Assembly (NCBI GenBank): GCA_024640185.1
Contig: JAHEFN010000002.1
Location: 1-25,448, forward strand
Origin: Gemmatimonadota bacterium
Lineage (GTDB): Bacteria; Gemmatimonadota; Gemmatimonadetes; Gemmatimonadales; GWC2-71-9
Reading direction: 5' to 3'
DNA length: 25,448 bases
Part shown: one piece after another, positions 16,512 through 25,136 of the stretch
Position numbering within the stretch: position 1 is the first letter of the stretch
Layout of the letters: each line of letters begins with the position of its first letter
Made by a program: the position numbers and the translations under genes
The notes under the pieces: model-generated
What the model was told of the DNA's origin: nothing
The model's database searches: none
Seen by the model: only the letters and a program-made list of their open reading frames with translations

Positions 16512-17866
16512 GTGCCCTCCGCGAGGCTTCGGAAGGTTGCGCCACGCTCCTCGTAGTTCGCGAACATGTCGTAGCTCGAACAGGCCGGTGAGAGGAGCAC
16601 GGCGCCACCGGTTGGGGCCAGGGCCGCCGCGAGGCGAACGGCCTCCCGAAAACTCTCGGCCCGCTCGCACCGCACCGTCTTCGCCAGGTCGGCCTCGATC
16701 AGGTCGGCAGCCTCGCCAAAGGCCACCACCGCCACCGCGAGGCGCTGCAGCTCCTCGAGCAGGACCCGGTACGGCTCGCCCTTGTGGCGGCCACCGAGCA
16801 GCAGCACGTAGGGCTGGGTCATCGCGGCGAGGGCCACCTGCGTCGAGGCGACGTTGGTGGCCTTGGAGTCGTTGATGTAGGTGATCCCGTCGAACGCGCC
16901 GATGACCTCCATCCGATGCGGCAGCGCGCTGAAGGAGGACAGTCCGCGCCGGATCGCCTCCACCGACACCCCGGTGGCATGGACCGCGAGTGCGGCGGCA
17001 AGGGCGTTGGCGACGTTGTGGTCGCCGAGCAATGGAAAGCGGTCACGCGAGATGAGTTCGCCCCCGGCGAGCATCAGCATCCCCCGCGCTCGGTCGAACC
17101 ACCCATCGGCGGGGACCCGCAGGCTGAACGCCAGGTGCCGTCCCGGGACCGAGGCGACCAGGAGACGCGAGGACGGATCGTCGAGGTTGCTGACGGTGAT
17201 CGACCGGGCATCGGCATTGCGGAACAGCAACGCCTTGTCGGCGAAGTAGTCGGCGACGTCGCGATAGCGATCGAGATGATCCGCGGCGAGGTTGGTCAAC
17301 ACGCCCACCGTTGGCCGCACGCTGGGCATGTCGTGCAACTGGAACGAGGAGAGTTCCACGGCGAGCCACGCCGGCCGCCGATGCTGGGCGGCCACCATCG
17401 AGAGCGGTGTCCCGATATTGCCGGCCGCCATTGCGCTCCGACCGGCCTCGCGCAGGAGGTGGTCGATCAGCGCCGTGGTGGTCGTCTTCCCGTTGGTGCC
17501 CGTGACGGCGAGGTACGGCAGTCCCCCGAGTTCCTCGAGGGCCACCTCGGCCTCCGCGAGGATCGGCAGCCCGGCCTCCGTGGCCGCGAGGACCACCGGT
17601 GCCGTGGGCGGGATCCCGGGGGAGAGGATGAGGGCGGCAGCGCCTGCGACGCGAGGCAGATCATGGCCACCCGCCTCGGCGGCGACCAGGCCGGGGAACT
17701 GCCGTTCGAGGGCCTGGGCCGCATCCACCCGATCGGCCGAGGCATCCGAGAGGTAGACCCGGATGTCGTGGGCCGCCAGGAGTCGGGTCACGGCGACCCC
17801 GCTCCGCCCCATCCCCGCGACGGCCACGTACTGCCTCCCCTGACGCCACTCCGCCAGCCGACTCAT
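16508..17866 (-). CDS. murD: UDP-N-acetylmuramoyl-L-alanine--D-glutamate ligase MurD
   Basis: GMGRSG, SPGIP, TGTNGKTTTT, ELSSFQL, DHLDRY, NDSKATN, LLSPACSSYDMF; ATG 17866 overlaps the mraY TGA. Confidence 0.97.
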   Translation of the reverse strand: MSRLAEWRQGRQYVAVAGMGRSGVAVTRLLAAHDIRVYLSDASADRVDAAQALERQFPGLVAAEAGGHDLPRVAGAAALILSPGIPPTAPVVLAATEAGLPILAEAEVALEELGGLPYLAVTGTNGKTTTTALIDHLLREAGRSAMAAGNIGTPLSMVAAQHRRPAWLAVELSSFQLHDMPSVRPTVGVLTNLAADHLDRYRDVADYFADKALLFRNADARSITVSNLDDPSSRLLVASVPGRHLAFSLRVPADGWFDRARGMLMLAGGELISRDRFPLLGDHNVANALAAALAVHATGVSVEAIRRGLSSFSALPHRMEVIGAFDGITYINDSKATNVASTQVALAAMTQPYVLLLGGRHKGEPYRVLLEELQRLAVAVVAFGEAADLIEADLAKTVRCERAESFREAVRLAAALAPTGGAVLLSPACSSYDMFANYEERGATFRSLAEGT

Positions 17867-18990
17867 CGCAGCTTCAGGGTGGCGAGGGCGGCGAGGGCGC
17901 AGAAGACCCCCAGGATCCAGAAGCGGACCACCACCGTGGTCTCCGCCCAGCCGAGCTTCTCGAAATGGTGGTGCACCGGCGCCATCCGGAACACCCGGTG
18001 GGCATCGGCGTACTCCCGCCCCCGGGTGCCCCGTTGCCAGCGGTAGACCCCGGTCTGCAGCATCACCGAGATCGCCTCGGCGACAAACACCCCGCCGACG
18101 ATCACCAGGAGGAACTCCGCCTTGAGGAGGATTGCCATCGTCCCGAAGGTGCCGCCCAGCGAGAGCGAGCCGGTGTCTCCCATGAAGACCCGCGCCGGGT
18201 GCGCGTTGAACCAGAGAAAGCCGAGGCAGCCACCCGTCAAGGCGGAGCAGAGCACGGCGAGTTCGCCCGCACCGGGCAGCATGAAGAGGTTGAGGTAGCC
18301 GGTGGTGTCGGTCCGACCGAGGATGTAGGCGAAGAAGGCAAAGGTCCCCGCGGCGATGGCCGACAATCCCGCCGCGAGACCGTCGAGGCCATCGGTCAGG
18401 TTGACCGCGTTGGAGAAGCCGGTCACCACGCCGGTGACGAAGAGCACATACAGCCATGGCGCGAACACCACCACCAGGAACTTGAAGAACGGCACCGTGG
18501 TGCCACTGGCAGGGATGATCTCCGGGTCGACCATTGGACGCAGCAGGAGGAAGATGCCCAGCGAGATCCCGAAGCTGACCTGGCCAGCCAGCTTCCACTT
18601 GGCCACCAGCCCGCGCGACTGCCCCTGCACCACCTTCAGGTAGTCATCGAGGAAGCCGATGGCAGCGGTCCAGAGCATCGCGATCAGGGTGACGATCACG
18701 AACGGATTGTCGATCCGCGCCCAGAGCAAGGTCGGAATGACCGTCGCGGCGACGATGATCAGCCCACCCATCGTCGGCGTGCCGCGCTTTGCCTGGTGGG
18801 AGGCCGGTCCTTCGGCCCGGATCACCTGCCCTACCCGCAACGCGCGGAGCCGCCGGATCATCCCCGGACCGACGATGAAGGCGATCAGCAACGCGGTGAC
18901 CATCGCTCCGGCCGCACGGAACGAGATGTACGTGAAGAGGTTGAAGATGAGATACGTCTTCCCCAGCGGGGCGAGCAGGTAGTAGAGCAT
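17863..18990 (-). CDS. mraY: Phospho-N-acetylmuramoyl-pentapeptide-transferase MraY
   Basis: KRGTPTMGG, GFLDDYLK, NAVNLTDGLDGLA, FMGDTGSL, MAPVHHHFE; about 10 TM. Confidence 0.99.
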   Translation of the reverse strand: MLYYLLAPLGKTYLIFNLFTYISFRAAGAMVTALLIAFIVGPGMIRRLRALRVGQVIRAEGPASHQAKRGTPTMGGLIIVAATVIPTLLWARIDNPFVIVTLIAMLWTAAIGFLDDYLKVVQGQSRGLVAKWKLAGQVSFGISLGIFLLLRPMVDPEIIPASGTTVPFFKFLVVVFAPWLYVLFVTGVVTGFSNAVNLTDGLDGLAAGLSAIAAGTFAFFAYILGRTDTTGYLNLFMLPGAGELAVLCSALTGGCLGFLWFNAHPARVFMGDTGSLSLGGTFGTMAILLKAEFLLVIVGGVFVAEAISVMLQTGVYRWQRGTRGREYADAHRVFRMAPVHHHFEKLGWAETTVVVRFWILGVFCALAALATLKLR

Positions 18991-20348
18991 CAGGCCTCTG
19001 CCGTGGGATCGCGAGGAAGAATCGCGGGAAGGATACGCTCCAAGGCCGCGCCGCGTGACCCCTTGAGAACGACAAACTCATCGCCGCGCAGCACCGCGGC
19101 GAGCTTGTGACCCATCTCCTCCGCCTCGGCAGCCTCGAGCAGTTCCCCGTCGAAGGCATGCGCCAGGGGCCGGAAGGCCGGGACAAAATCCCCGACGAGC
19201 GCGAGGACGTCGGGACGGAGGGCCAGCAGCGCATCGGCCACCTCCCGGTGCAGGGCCGCCGAGGCCTCGCCGAGCTCCTTCATGGTCCCTGCCACGACCA
19301 CCAGCCGACGATCGCCGCGCATCGTGTTGGCGAGGACGATGGCGGCATGGAACGACTCCGGATTGGCATTGTAGCCATCGTTGAGGACCGTCAACCCGGC
19401 CGCCTGAATCAACTCTCCCCGACCGCCCGGCAGGACGAACCGCTCAAGGGCGGCGGCGACCTCCGCGAGATCGAGATCGAGTTCCCGAGCCACGGCCCAG
19501 GCGAACATCGCGTTGGCTGCCTGGTGCAGGCCGCGCGCGGCGAGGGTGAAGGACTGCCCATCAACGGAAAGCCGCGCTCGGCCATCGGGTTGCAGGGCGA
19601 CCGAGTCGGGCATCACCTCGGCCCCACTGAGTCCGGCGGTCACGACCCGCCGTGCGCCTCGGGCACGGGCACCATCGGCCAGCTCCGGCGGCAACATCCC
19701 GACGATGGCCAGCGGCACCTCCCGGGTGAGGGCGAGCTTCTCCTCGACCACCCGTGCGACCGAGCCGAATCCCTCGAGATGTCCCGCGCCGGCGGAGGTG
19801 ACGATCGCGATCGTCGGCTCGAGGATCTCCCGAAACCAGCCGATCTCGCCCGGGGCATTGGCGCCCGCCTCCACCACCATGGCCCCACAATCGTCCGGCA
19901 CCGCGAGGATCGTCAGTGGGACGCCGACCCTGTTGTTGTTGTTGGCGGGGGTGCGATGGGTCGGCCACCGGGTGGCGAGGGCGGCGGCGACCATCTCCTT
20001 GGTGGAGGTCTTGCCGTTCTGTCCGGTGATGGCGATCACCGGGCCGGCGAAGGCCCGACGCCGGGATGCCGCGAGGGCCCCGAGCGCTTGGCCGGTGTCC
20101 GCCACCGGATAGAGACGCAGTCCCGCCATCGGCGCCGTCCCGTGGTGCACCACCGCACCGGTCGCGCCGGCATCCCGTGCCGTCGCGAGGAAGGCGTGGC
20201 CGTCGAAGCGCTCCCCCACGAGGGCGACGAACAACGCACCGGGCACCAAGGACCGGGTGTCGGTACAGACGCCCTGGTACCTCGCGGCGGGTCCCACCGG
20301 GAGGCCGAGGGCGTCGGCGACGAGACGATCCGTCCATTGGAAGGTCAT
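18990..20348 (-). CDS. murF: UDP-N-acetylmuramoyl-tripeptide--D-alanyl-D-alanine ligase MurF
   Basis: DTRSL, GERFDGH, ITGQNGKTSTKEM, NN.VGVPLT, HLEGFGS, NDGYNANPES, KELG, KGSRG. Confidence 0.96.
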   Translation of the reverse strand: MTFQWTDRLVADALGLPVGPAARYQGVCTDTRSLVPGALFVALVGERFDGHAFLATARDAGATGAVVHHGTAPMAGLRLYPVADTGQALGALAASRRRAFAGPVIAITGQNGKTSTKEMVAAALATRWPTHRTPANNNNRVGVPLTILAVPDDCGAMVVEAGANAPGEIGWFREILEPTIAIVTSAGAGHLEGFGSVARVVEEKLALTREVPLAIVGMLPPELADGARARGARRVVTAGLSGAEVMPDSVALQPDGRARLSVDGQSFTLAARGLHQAANAMFAWAVARELDLDLAEVAAALERFVLPGGRGELIQAAGLTVLNDGYNANPESFHAAIVLANTMRGDRRLVVVAGTMKELGEASAALHREVADALLALRPDVLALVGDFVPAFRPLAHAFDGELLEAAEAEEMGHKLAAVLRGDEFVVLKGSRGAALERILPAILPRDPTAEA

Positions 20349-21793
20349 TGACCGAGCAGTCCCCGCACGATGGCCGCCTCGTCGAACGGCTCCTTGGTCG
20401 TGCCGACCAGCTGGTAGGTCTCATGCCCCTTCCCCATCAACACCACGGTGTCATCGGGTCGGGCCTCACCCAGAGCCGCGGCGATGGCGAGGTGGCGATC
20501 GATGACCCGCCGGTACCTCGCGGCGGGCATCTGGGCCACGATGTCATCGATGATCCGTTCGGGATCCTCGGTGCGGGGATTGTCGGTGGTCAGGAACGTG
20601 AGGTCGGCCCCCGCCGCGGCGAGGGCACCCATCACCGGACGCTTGGCCCGGTCGCGATCACCGCCACAGCCGAAGACCAGGATCACGCGCCCCGAGGTGA
20701 TCGCTCGCACGGTGGCCAGCAACCGTTCCACCGCATCGGGCGTGTGGGCATAGTCACGGAGGACAAGGCACGGGACGTCCGCCAGCCGCTCCATCCGGCC
20801 GGGCACCTGCGGGGCGTCGGCAAGCCGACCGACGACGGTGGCCAGATCGATGCCGACGCCGAGCGCCACCGCGGCCGCGGCGGCGGCGTTGGCGACGTTG
20901 ACCACGCCGGCAATCGGCAGGAAGGCCTCCGCCGTCCCGAAGCGCCCGCTCAGGGTGAACCGCGACCCCTCGGCAACGGCCTGCACCTCGCCGACCCGCA
21001 GCTGTGCCCCGGCGGCGTGGCCCCACGAGATCGTCCGTGGATCACTCAGCAACGGGGCCCACGCCGGGTCATCGGCGTTGACCGAGAGGGTGCCATCGCC
21101 ACGGACCAGTCCCGCGAGCAACAACTTGGCCTCTCGGTAGGCGGCCAAGGTCTCGTGATAGTCGAGATGCTCGTGGGTCAGGTTGGTGAAGACGCCGGCG
21201 ACGAAGCTGAGGGCGTCCAGGCGATGCTGATGCAGGGCATGGGAGGAGGCCTCCATCACGACCCACCGGACCCCGCGATCGACCATGCCACGCAGCGTGC
21301 GCTGCAGGTCGAGGGGGCCGGGGGTGGTGAGCGACCCCGCCGTCGACGGGACCGGCGTGCCGTGACCATCGACCGCACCGAGGGTGCCGATGCTGCCGGC
21401 ATCATCCCCGCTGGCGAGGAGATGCCGGGCGATGCCGGTGGTGGTGGTCTTGCCATTCGTACCGGTGATCGCAACGATCTTGAGGTCCGCGGCGGGATGG
21501 TGGAACCATGCGCCCGCGAGCAGTTCGGCGGCCCGACGGCTGTCGCGGACCACGATCACCGGCACCCCGGACGGCACCGGGTGCTCGGCAACCACCGCCC
21601 CGGCACCGGCGGCGACGGCCTGCGCGACGTAGTCGTGCCCGTCGCTGGTCACTCCCGGCACCGCAAAGAACAGCGCTCCGGGAGAGACCTCACGGGAGTC
21701 GACGGCCAATCCACCGACCACCGGATCGTCGGCTGGCGCGGCAACCAACAACCCGGTTGGGCGAAGCAGGTCAACGAGGTGCTGCAGGTTCAT
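20345..21793 (-). CDS. murE: UDP-N-acetylmuramoyl-L-alanyl-D-glutamate--2,6-diaminopimelate ligase MurE
   Basis: DSREV.PG.LF, TGTNGKTTT, MEASSHAL, FTNLTHEHLDYH, PGRME, DYAHTPDA, FGCGGDRD, GKGHE. The DNPR motif indicates meso-DAP specificity. ATG 21793 overlaps the ftsI TGA. Confidence 0.97.
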   Translation of the reverse strand: MNLQHLVDLLRPTGLLVAAPADDPVVGGLAVDSREVSPGALFFAVPGVTSDGHDYVAQAVAAGAGAVVAEHPVPSGVPVIVVRDSRRAAELLAGAWFHHPAADLKIVAITGTNGKTTTTGIARHLLASGDDAGSIGTLGAVDGHGTPVPSTAGSLTTPGPLDLQRTLRGMVDRGVRWVVMEASSHALHQHRLDALSFVAGVFTNLTHEHLDYHETLAAYREAKLLLAGLVRGDGTLSVNADDPAWAPLLSDPRTISWGHAAGAQLRVGEVQAVAEGSRFTLSGRFGTAEAFLPIAGVVNVANAAAAAAVALGVGIDLATVVGRLADAPQVPGRMERLADVPCLVLRDYAHTPDAVERLLATVRAITSGRVILVFGCGGDRDRAKRPVMGALAAAGADLTFLTTDNPRTEDPERIIDDIVAQMPAARYRRVIDRHLAIAAALGEARPDDTVVLMGKGHETYQLVGTTKEPFDEAAIVRGLLGQ

Positions 21794-23763
21794 CGGCTGG
21801 GACCGGGTGACGCATGGATCGTGATCGTCGATCCCCGCAACAGCGAGGTACCGGCTGCCGGCGAGGTGCGCTCGACCAAGCCCTCCCCGGTGAGGCGAAC
21901 CGTGAAGCCCTGCCGAGAGAGCGACTGCAGGGCGTCGCGCACCGACCAACCGGTGAGGTCGGGGATGACCTCGGCGCCACCCTCCACCATGACGTCCTTC
22001 GGCACAGGGAAGCCCACCCGCCGGACGGACGGTGGCGGCGGGGTCACCGGCGGCGGGGCCGCCAGCGTGATCATCGGCGTCAGCCGCCCGGATTCGAGCG
22101 GCGAGTCGGGCAGCACCATCGCCTGCTGCAGGATCGCCTTGACCACCGGAGCGGCCACCTCGCCACCGTAGTAGGTGGTGCCCCCGGGTCGGTCGATCAT
22201 CACGAAGACGACGAACCGGGGATCGTCCTCCGGGAAGATGGCGGCGAAGGAGCCGCGGTACTCACGCAGGTAGCCGCCCGCACCGCCGTCGAGCTTGGCG
22301 GTCCCCGTCTTGCCCACGACCCCCCGGAAGTCGAGCTGAGCCCCGGTCCCGGTGCCACCGGAATCGGTCACCAGCGCGAGGTAGTCCATCAGTTGTCGGG
22401 CCACCCCGGGCTCGACCACGCGGCGGACCGTGTCCGCGCGGTGCTGCCAGGTCGGCGCGCCGGTCTCGCCGTCGCGCACCTCGGCCACCAGCGTCGGGGC
22501 GAGCAACACCCCGCCGTTGGCGATCGCCGCGTAGGCCATCGCCAATTGCAGCGATGACGTCGAGAACTCATAGCCCTGGGCCCATGACGGCATGGTGTAC
22601 TTGAGGTTGGCCTTGCGACCCGGCGGCACCAGCACACCCGGGGCCTCGGCCGGGAACCCGGTCCCCGGTTGGGTACCGAAGCCGAAGGCCCGCAACATGC
22701 CGAACTGCTGCTCAGGACTCAGGCGCATCGCGAACTGCGAGATGGCGATGTTGCTCGACACCTTGATCGTCTCGCCGAGTCCGAGAAGACCGGGCTCGCG
22801 GTGGGTGTCGGCGATCGTGCGGTAGCGACCCGGTGCCACCTCCATCTGCCATTCGCCGTCGTATCCCGACACCGGCGTGGTGTCGGCGCGGAACGCGAGC
22901 ATCGCCGCCGCGGTGAAGATCTTGGCGGTCGAGCCCGGCTCGTACGGTTCGACCAGGGCCGCCGGCGTCGGCACCGGACGCTGCCCCCGGGCCACCGTGC
23001 GCAATGAGGCGATCGAGAGGATCTCACCGGTGCGGACCTCGACGACCACCGCATCGCCGCCCATCGCCTCGAAGCGGGTCACCGCCTCGGCGAGCGCACT
23101 CTCGACGATGCCCTGCAGTTCATGGTCGATGGTGAGCAGCACCTCATGACCGGGAACCGGGGGCGCGATGATGCCGCCGGGGATCTTCACCCGGCGCCCG
23201 CCCCCGTCGACCAACACCCGCTCCGATCCCGGGGTGCCGGCCAGCAGCGTATCGAGGAAGGCCTCGATCCCGGAGCGACCCTCCCCCTCCCCGTTGATCT
23301 CCCCGACGATCGGCTTGGCCCGGTCACCGAGTCGTCCCTCGCGGTCCACCTCCCGACCGAGATGGACGCCACGGATCGCCCTGAGCGGCAGGACCTGCGA
23401 GGCATCGAATGGCCCGTCGAAGTAGGGGTAGTCGCGGCGACGGAATTGGCTGGCGACCTCACTGGCCGAGAGACCGAGCGCCTCGACGAGCGCGCTACGG
23501 GTCGCCACGGTGTCGCGGAGTTCGTTCTGTGAGACCGAGATCGTGAAGGCGTCGAAGGTCGCGGCCAGCGGCGTCCCGGAGCGATCACGGATCGTCCCGC
23601 GCGTCTGGGGGATGACCCGGGGCCGGACGTTGCGACTGGTGGCCCGTGCCTCCCATGCCTCATGCTGTTGGATCTGGACCACGAAGGCCCGGACCACGAC
23701 GGTCACCCCCGCCAGGGCGAGCACGGCTTGCAGAAACGCGATCCGGGCCGCGGGCTTGGCCAT
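21790..23763 (-). CDS. ftsI: Class B penicillin-binding protein FtsI/PBP3 with a C-terminal PASTA domain
   Basis: N-terminal TM, RGTIRDRSG pedestal motif, transpeptidase motifs STAK (SxxK), SSN (SxN) and KTG, Pro-rich linker, then a PASTA domain (VIPDLTGWSVRDA...PAAG). Confidence 0.95.
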   Translation of the reverse strand: MAKPAARIAFLQAVLALAGVTVVVRAFVVQIQQHEAWEARATSRNVRPRVIPQTRGTIRDRSGTPLAATFDAFTISVSQNELRDTVATRSALVEALGLSASEVASQFRRRDYPYFDGPFDASQVLPLRAIRGVHLGREVDREGRLGDRAKPIVGEINGEGEGRSGIEAFLDTLLAGTPGSERVLVDGGGRRVKIPGGIIAPPVPGHEVLLTIDHELQGIVESALAEAVTRFEAMGGDAVVVEVRTGEILSIASLRTVARGQRPVPTPAALVEPYEPGSTAKIFTAAAMLAFRADTTPVSGYDGEWQMEVAPGRYRTIADTHREPGLLGLGETIKVSSNIAISQFAMRLSPEQQFGMLRAFGFGTQPGTGFPAEAPGVLVPPGRKANLKYTMPSWAQGYEFSTSSLQLAMAYAAIANGGVLLAPTLVAEVRDGETGAPTWQHRADTVRRVVEPGVARQLMDYLALVTDSGGTGTGAQLDFRGVVGKTGTAKLDGGAGGYLREYRGSFAAIFPEDDPRFVVFVMIDRPGGTTYYGGEVAAPVVKAILQQAMVLPDSPLESGRLTPMITLAAPPPVTPPPPSVRRVGFPVPKDVMVEGGAEVIPDLTGWSVRDALQSLSRQGFTVRLTGEGLVERTSPAAGTSLLRGSTITIHASPGPSR

Positions 23764-24053
23764 CAGTGCTCCGGATCGGTGATCAGGATGGTGGCCGTCT
23801 CCGAGTCACTCGGCGTGCGCAATCCGAGCCGTTCGCCGAGGGGTCGCAGCATGGCGGGAGAGAGCAAGGTGGCCACGTCGGCGGCGAGCTGGGTATGGAC
23901 CCGCGCCACCGCCTGCAGGGAGTCCTGCAGCAGCAACAGCCGCTGCCGGCTCTGGAACGCCGCGTGATTCCTGAGCGCGATCGTCCCGGCGGTCGCCAGG
24001 AAGACGGCGATCCAGCCAAGGAAGACGATGCGGCCCTTAAGGGGCTGTGGCAC
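23763..24053 (-). CDS. ftsL: Cell division protein FtsL (putative)
   Basis: 96 aa, single TM followed by a Leu-periodic coiled coil and LGLRTP; syntenic between rsmH and ftsI. GTG 24053 overlaps the rsmH end by 17 nt; the TGA overlaps the ftsI ATG. Confidence 0.75.
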   Translation of the reverse strand: MPQPLKGRIVFLGWIAVFLATAGTIALRNHAAFQSRQRLLLLQDSLQAVARVHTQLAADVATLLSPAMLRPLGERLGLRTPSDSETATILITDPEH

Positions 24054-24960
24054 GGTGGAAGCAGCGCAACCTGGCGCTCCGCGACCGGGGATTGGCGGCG
24101 AGTTCCTCCTCGTGAGGCACAATGGCCCGGCGCGGCGACGCCTCCCCGAGTGGCGTGCGCCCACAGACACATTGCGGAAACGCTGGCGGGCAGGTGCAGC
24201 CAGCGCTCCAGTCACGGAAGGTATGCTTGACGAGTCGATCCTCGCCCGAATGATAACTGATCACCGCCAGGATCCCGCCGGGGACGAGGGCATCCCGGAG
24301 GGCCGGCAGGGCCGTTTCCAACCCCGAGAGTTCGTCGTTGACCGCGATGCGCACGGCCTGGAAGATCCTGGCGAAATCGCCGGGGCCGCTCCGAGCGCCG
24401 AGCACGGCACGGATCGCGTTGACCAGGTCATCCGAGGTCGTGAACCCCCGGTTGCGGCGCCGGATCACCTCGTCGGCCAGCCGGGGAGCCCGACGCTCGT
24501 CTGCCCACTCACGGAAGGCGTGAACCAGTTCGTCTCGCTCGACGCTGTTCAGCCACTCGGCCGCCGTCGGGACATCCGGCCCCATCCGCATGTCGAGCGG
24601 CGCCCCGGGGCGAAAGGTGAACCCGCGGCCGGGATCGTCGAGCTGGCGCGAGGAGACCCCGAGATCGAGCAGGATGAAGTCGGGGGCGAACTCCGCCACG
24701 GCGGCGAGAGCGGCCGGTGAGGCGTAGGAGGCCTGGAGATAGCGCATCCGCTCGTCACCGAGGCGGGCCTGGGCGATCGCCAGCGCCTCGGGGTCCCGGT
24801 CGATGCCGAGCACGGTGGCCCCGGCGCCAAGGAACCCCGCCGCGTGACCGCCGTGCCCCAAGGTGCCATCGACCACTCGGCTGGCGGAGGCCGCCAAGGC
24901 GAGGATCGGCTCGTAGAGCACCGGAACGTGGGATGGCTGTGGCGGGACGGGGTGCTCCAT
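24037..24960 (-). CDS. rsmH: 16S rRNA (cytosine1402-N4)-methyltransferase RsmH/MraW
   Basis: HVPVL, VDGTLGHGGH, GIDRD, LLDLGVSSRQLD, RGFTF...LDMRM, FQAVRIAVNDEL, ISYHSGEDRLVK, NPRSRSARLR. Confidence 0.98.
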   Translation of the reverse strand: MEHPVPPQPSHVPVLYEPILALAASASRVVDGTLGHGGHAAGFLGAGATVLGIDRDPEALAIAQARLGDERMRYLQASYASPAALAAVAEFAPDFILLDLGVSSRQLDDPGRGFTFRPGAPLDMRMGPDVPTAAEWLNSVERDELVHAFREWADERRAPRLADEVIRRRNRGFTTSDDLVNAIRAVLGARSGPGDFARIFQAVRIAVNDELSGLETALPALRDALVPGGILAVISYHSGEDRLVKHTFRDWSAGCTCPPAFPQCVCGRTPLGEASPRRAIVPHEEELAANPRSRSARLRCFHRATAP

Positions 24961-24966
24961 GGGGAG

Positions 24967-25005
24967 AAAACAAACACCCCGACCGACGATTCGGGCGGGG
25001 TGTCT
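24967..25005 (-). terminator. Intrinsic terminator of the tRNA-Asp transcript
   Basis: Minus strand AGACACCCCG-C-CCGA-ATCG-TCGG-T-CGGGGTGTTT-GTTTT: about 14 bp stem with one mismatch, 4-nt loop and a U-rich tail, starting 5 nt after the tRNA 3' end. Confidence 0.85.
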
Positions 25006-25010
25006 GAGGA

Positions 25011-25084
25011 CGGGGCTGACGGGACTCGAACCCGCGGCCTCCGCAGTGACAGTGCGGCACTCTAACCAACTGAGCTACAGCCCC
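25011..25084 (-). tRNA. tRNA-Asp (anticodon GTC), CCA not encoded
   Basis: GGGGCTG/CAGCCCC acceptor stem with discriminator G, D-arm GCTCAGTTGGTTAGAGT, anticodon arm CCGCA-CTGTCAC-TGCGG, T-arm GCGGG-TTCGAGT-CCCGT; followed by TCC rather than CCA. Confidence 0.98.
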
Positions 25085-25100
25085 TCGTGACCAGCCACAC

Positions 25101-25129
25101 AAAGTAGTGGCGGCGACTGGCCTTGGGAA
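25101..25129 (-). promoter_or_regulatory. Putative sigma70 promoter for tRNA-Asp
   Basis: TTCCCA (25129-25124), 17-nt spacer, TACTTT (25106-25101), ending 16 nt upstream of the tRNA 5' end. Confidence 0.55.
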
Positions 25130-25136
25130 GTGGGCC

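Noticed and set aside
16508-18598. Apparent 696-aa MurD, and other long N-terminal extensions in the ORF track (murG to 15642, ftsW to 16670, murE to 21949, ftsZ to 10891, ftsY to 3871, oxidoreductase to 6752, ftsL to 24215, murC to 14184)
   Set aside because: The extensions overlap the upstream gene in another frame. Homology starts at internal ATG/GTG codons, most of which form stop/start overlaps. Not fusions.
19932-19943. (GTT)4 microsatellite giving NNNN in MurF
   Set aside because: TPANNNNRVG has the same length as the canonical T.GN.NN.IG motif, so there is no expansion; essential gene.
24057-24065. GGAAGCAGC, resembling the SRP RNA (ffs) domain IV motif
   Set aside because: The required upstream CAGG-stem-GNRA element is absent, and the site is antisense inside rsmH coding sequence.
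24163-24198. Cys-rich insert CTCPPAFPQCVCG in RsmH
   Set aside because: A familiar insert in RsmH from many phyla; not novel.
25011-25084. tRNA-Asp as a prophage or island attachment site
   Set aside because: No integrase, no duplicated tRNA 3' end noticed, and core genes abut the tRNA.
25107-25134. TGG/TGGG repeats resembling MraZ boxes near the tRNA promoter
   Set aside because: Opposite strand to transcription, irregular spacing (TGG at 25108, 25118, 25124, 25131), and no mraZ in the window.
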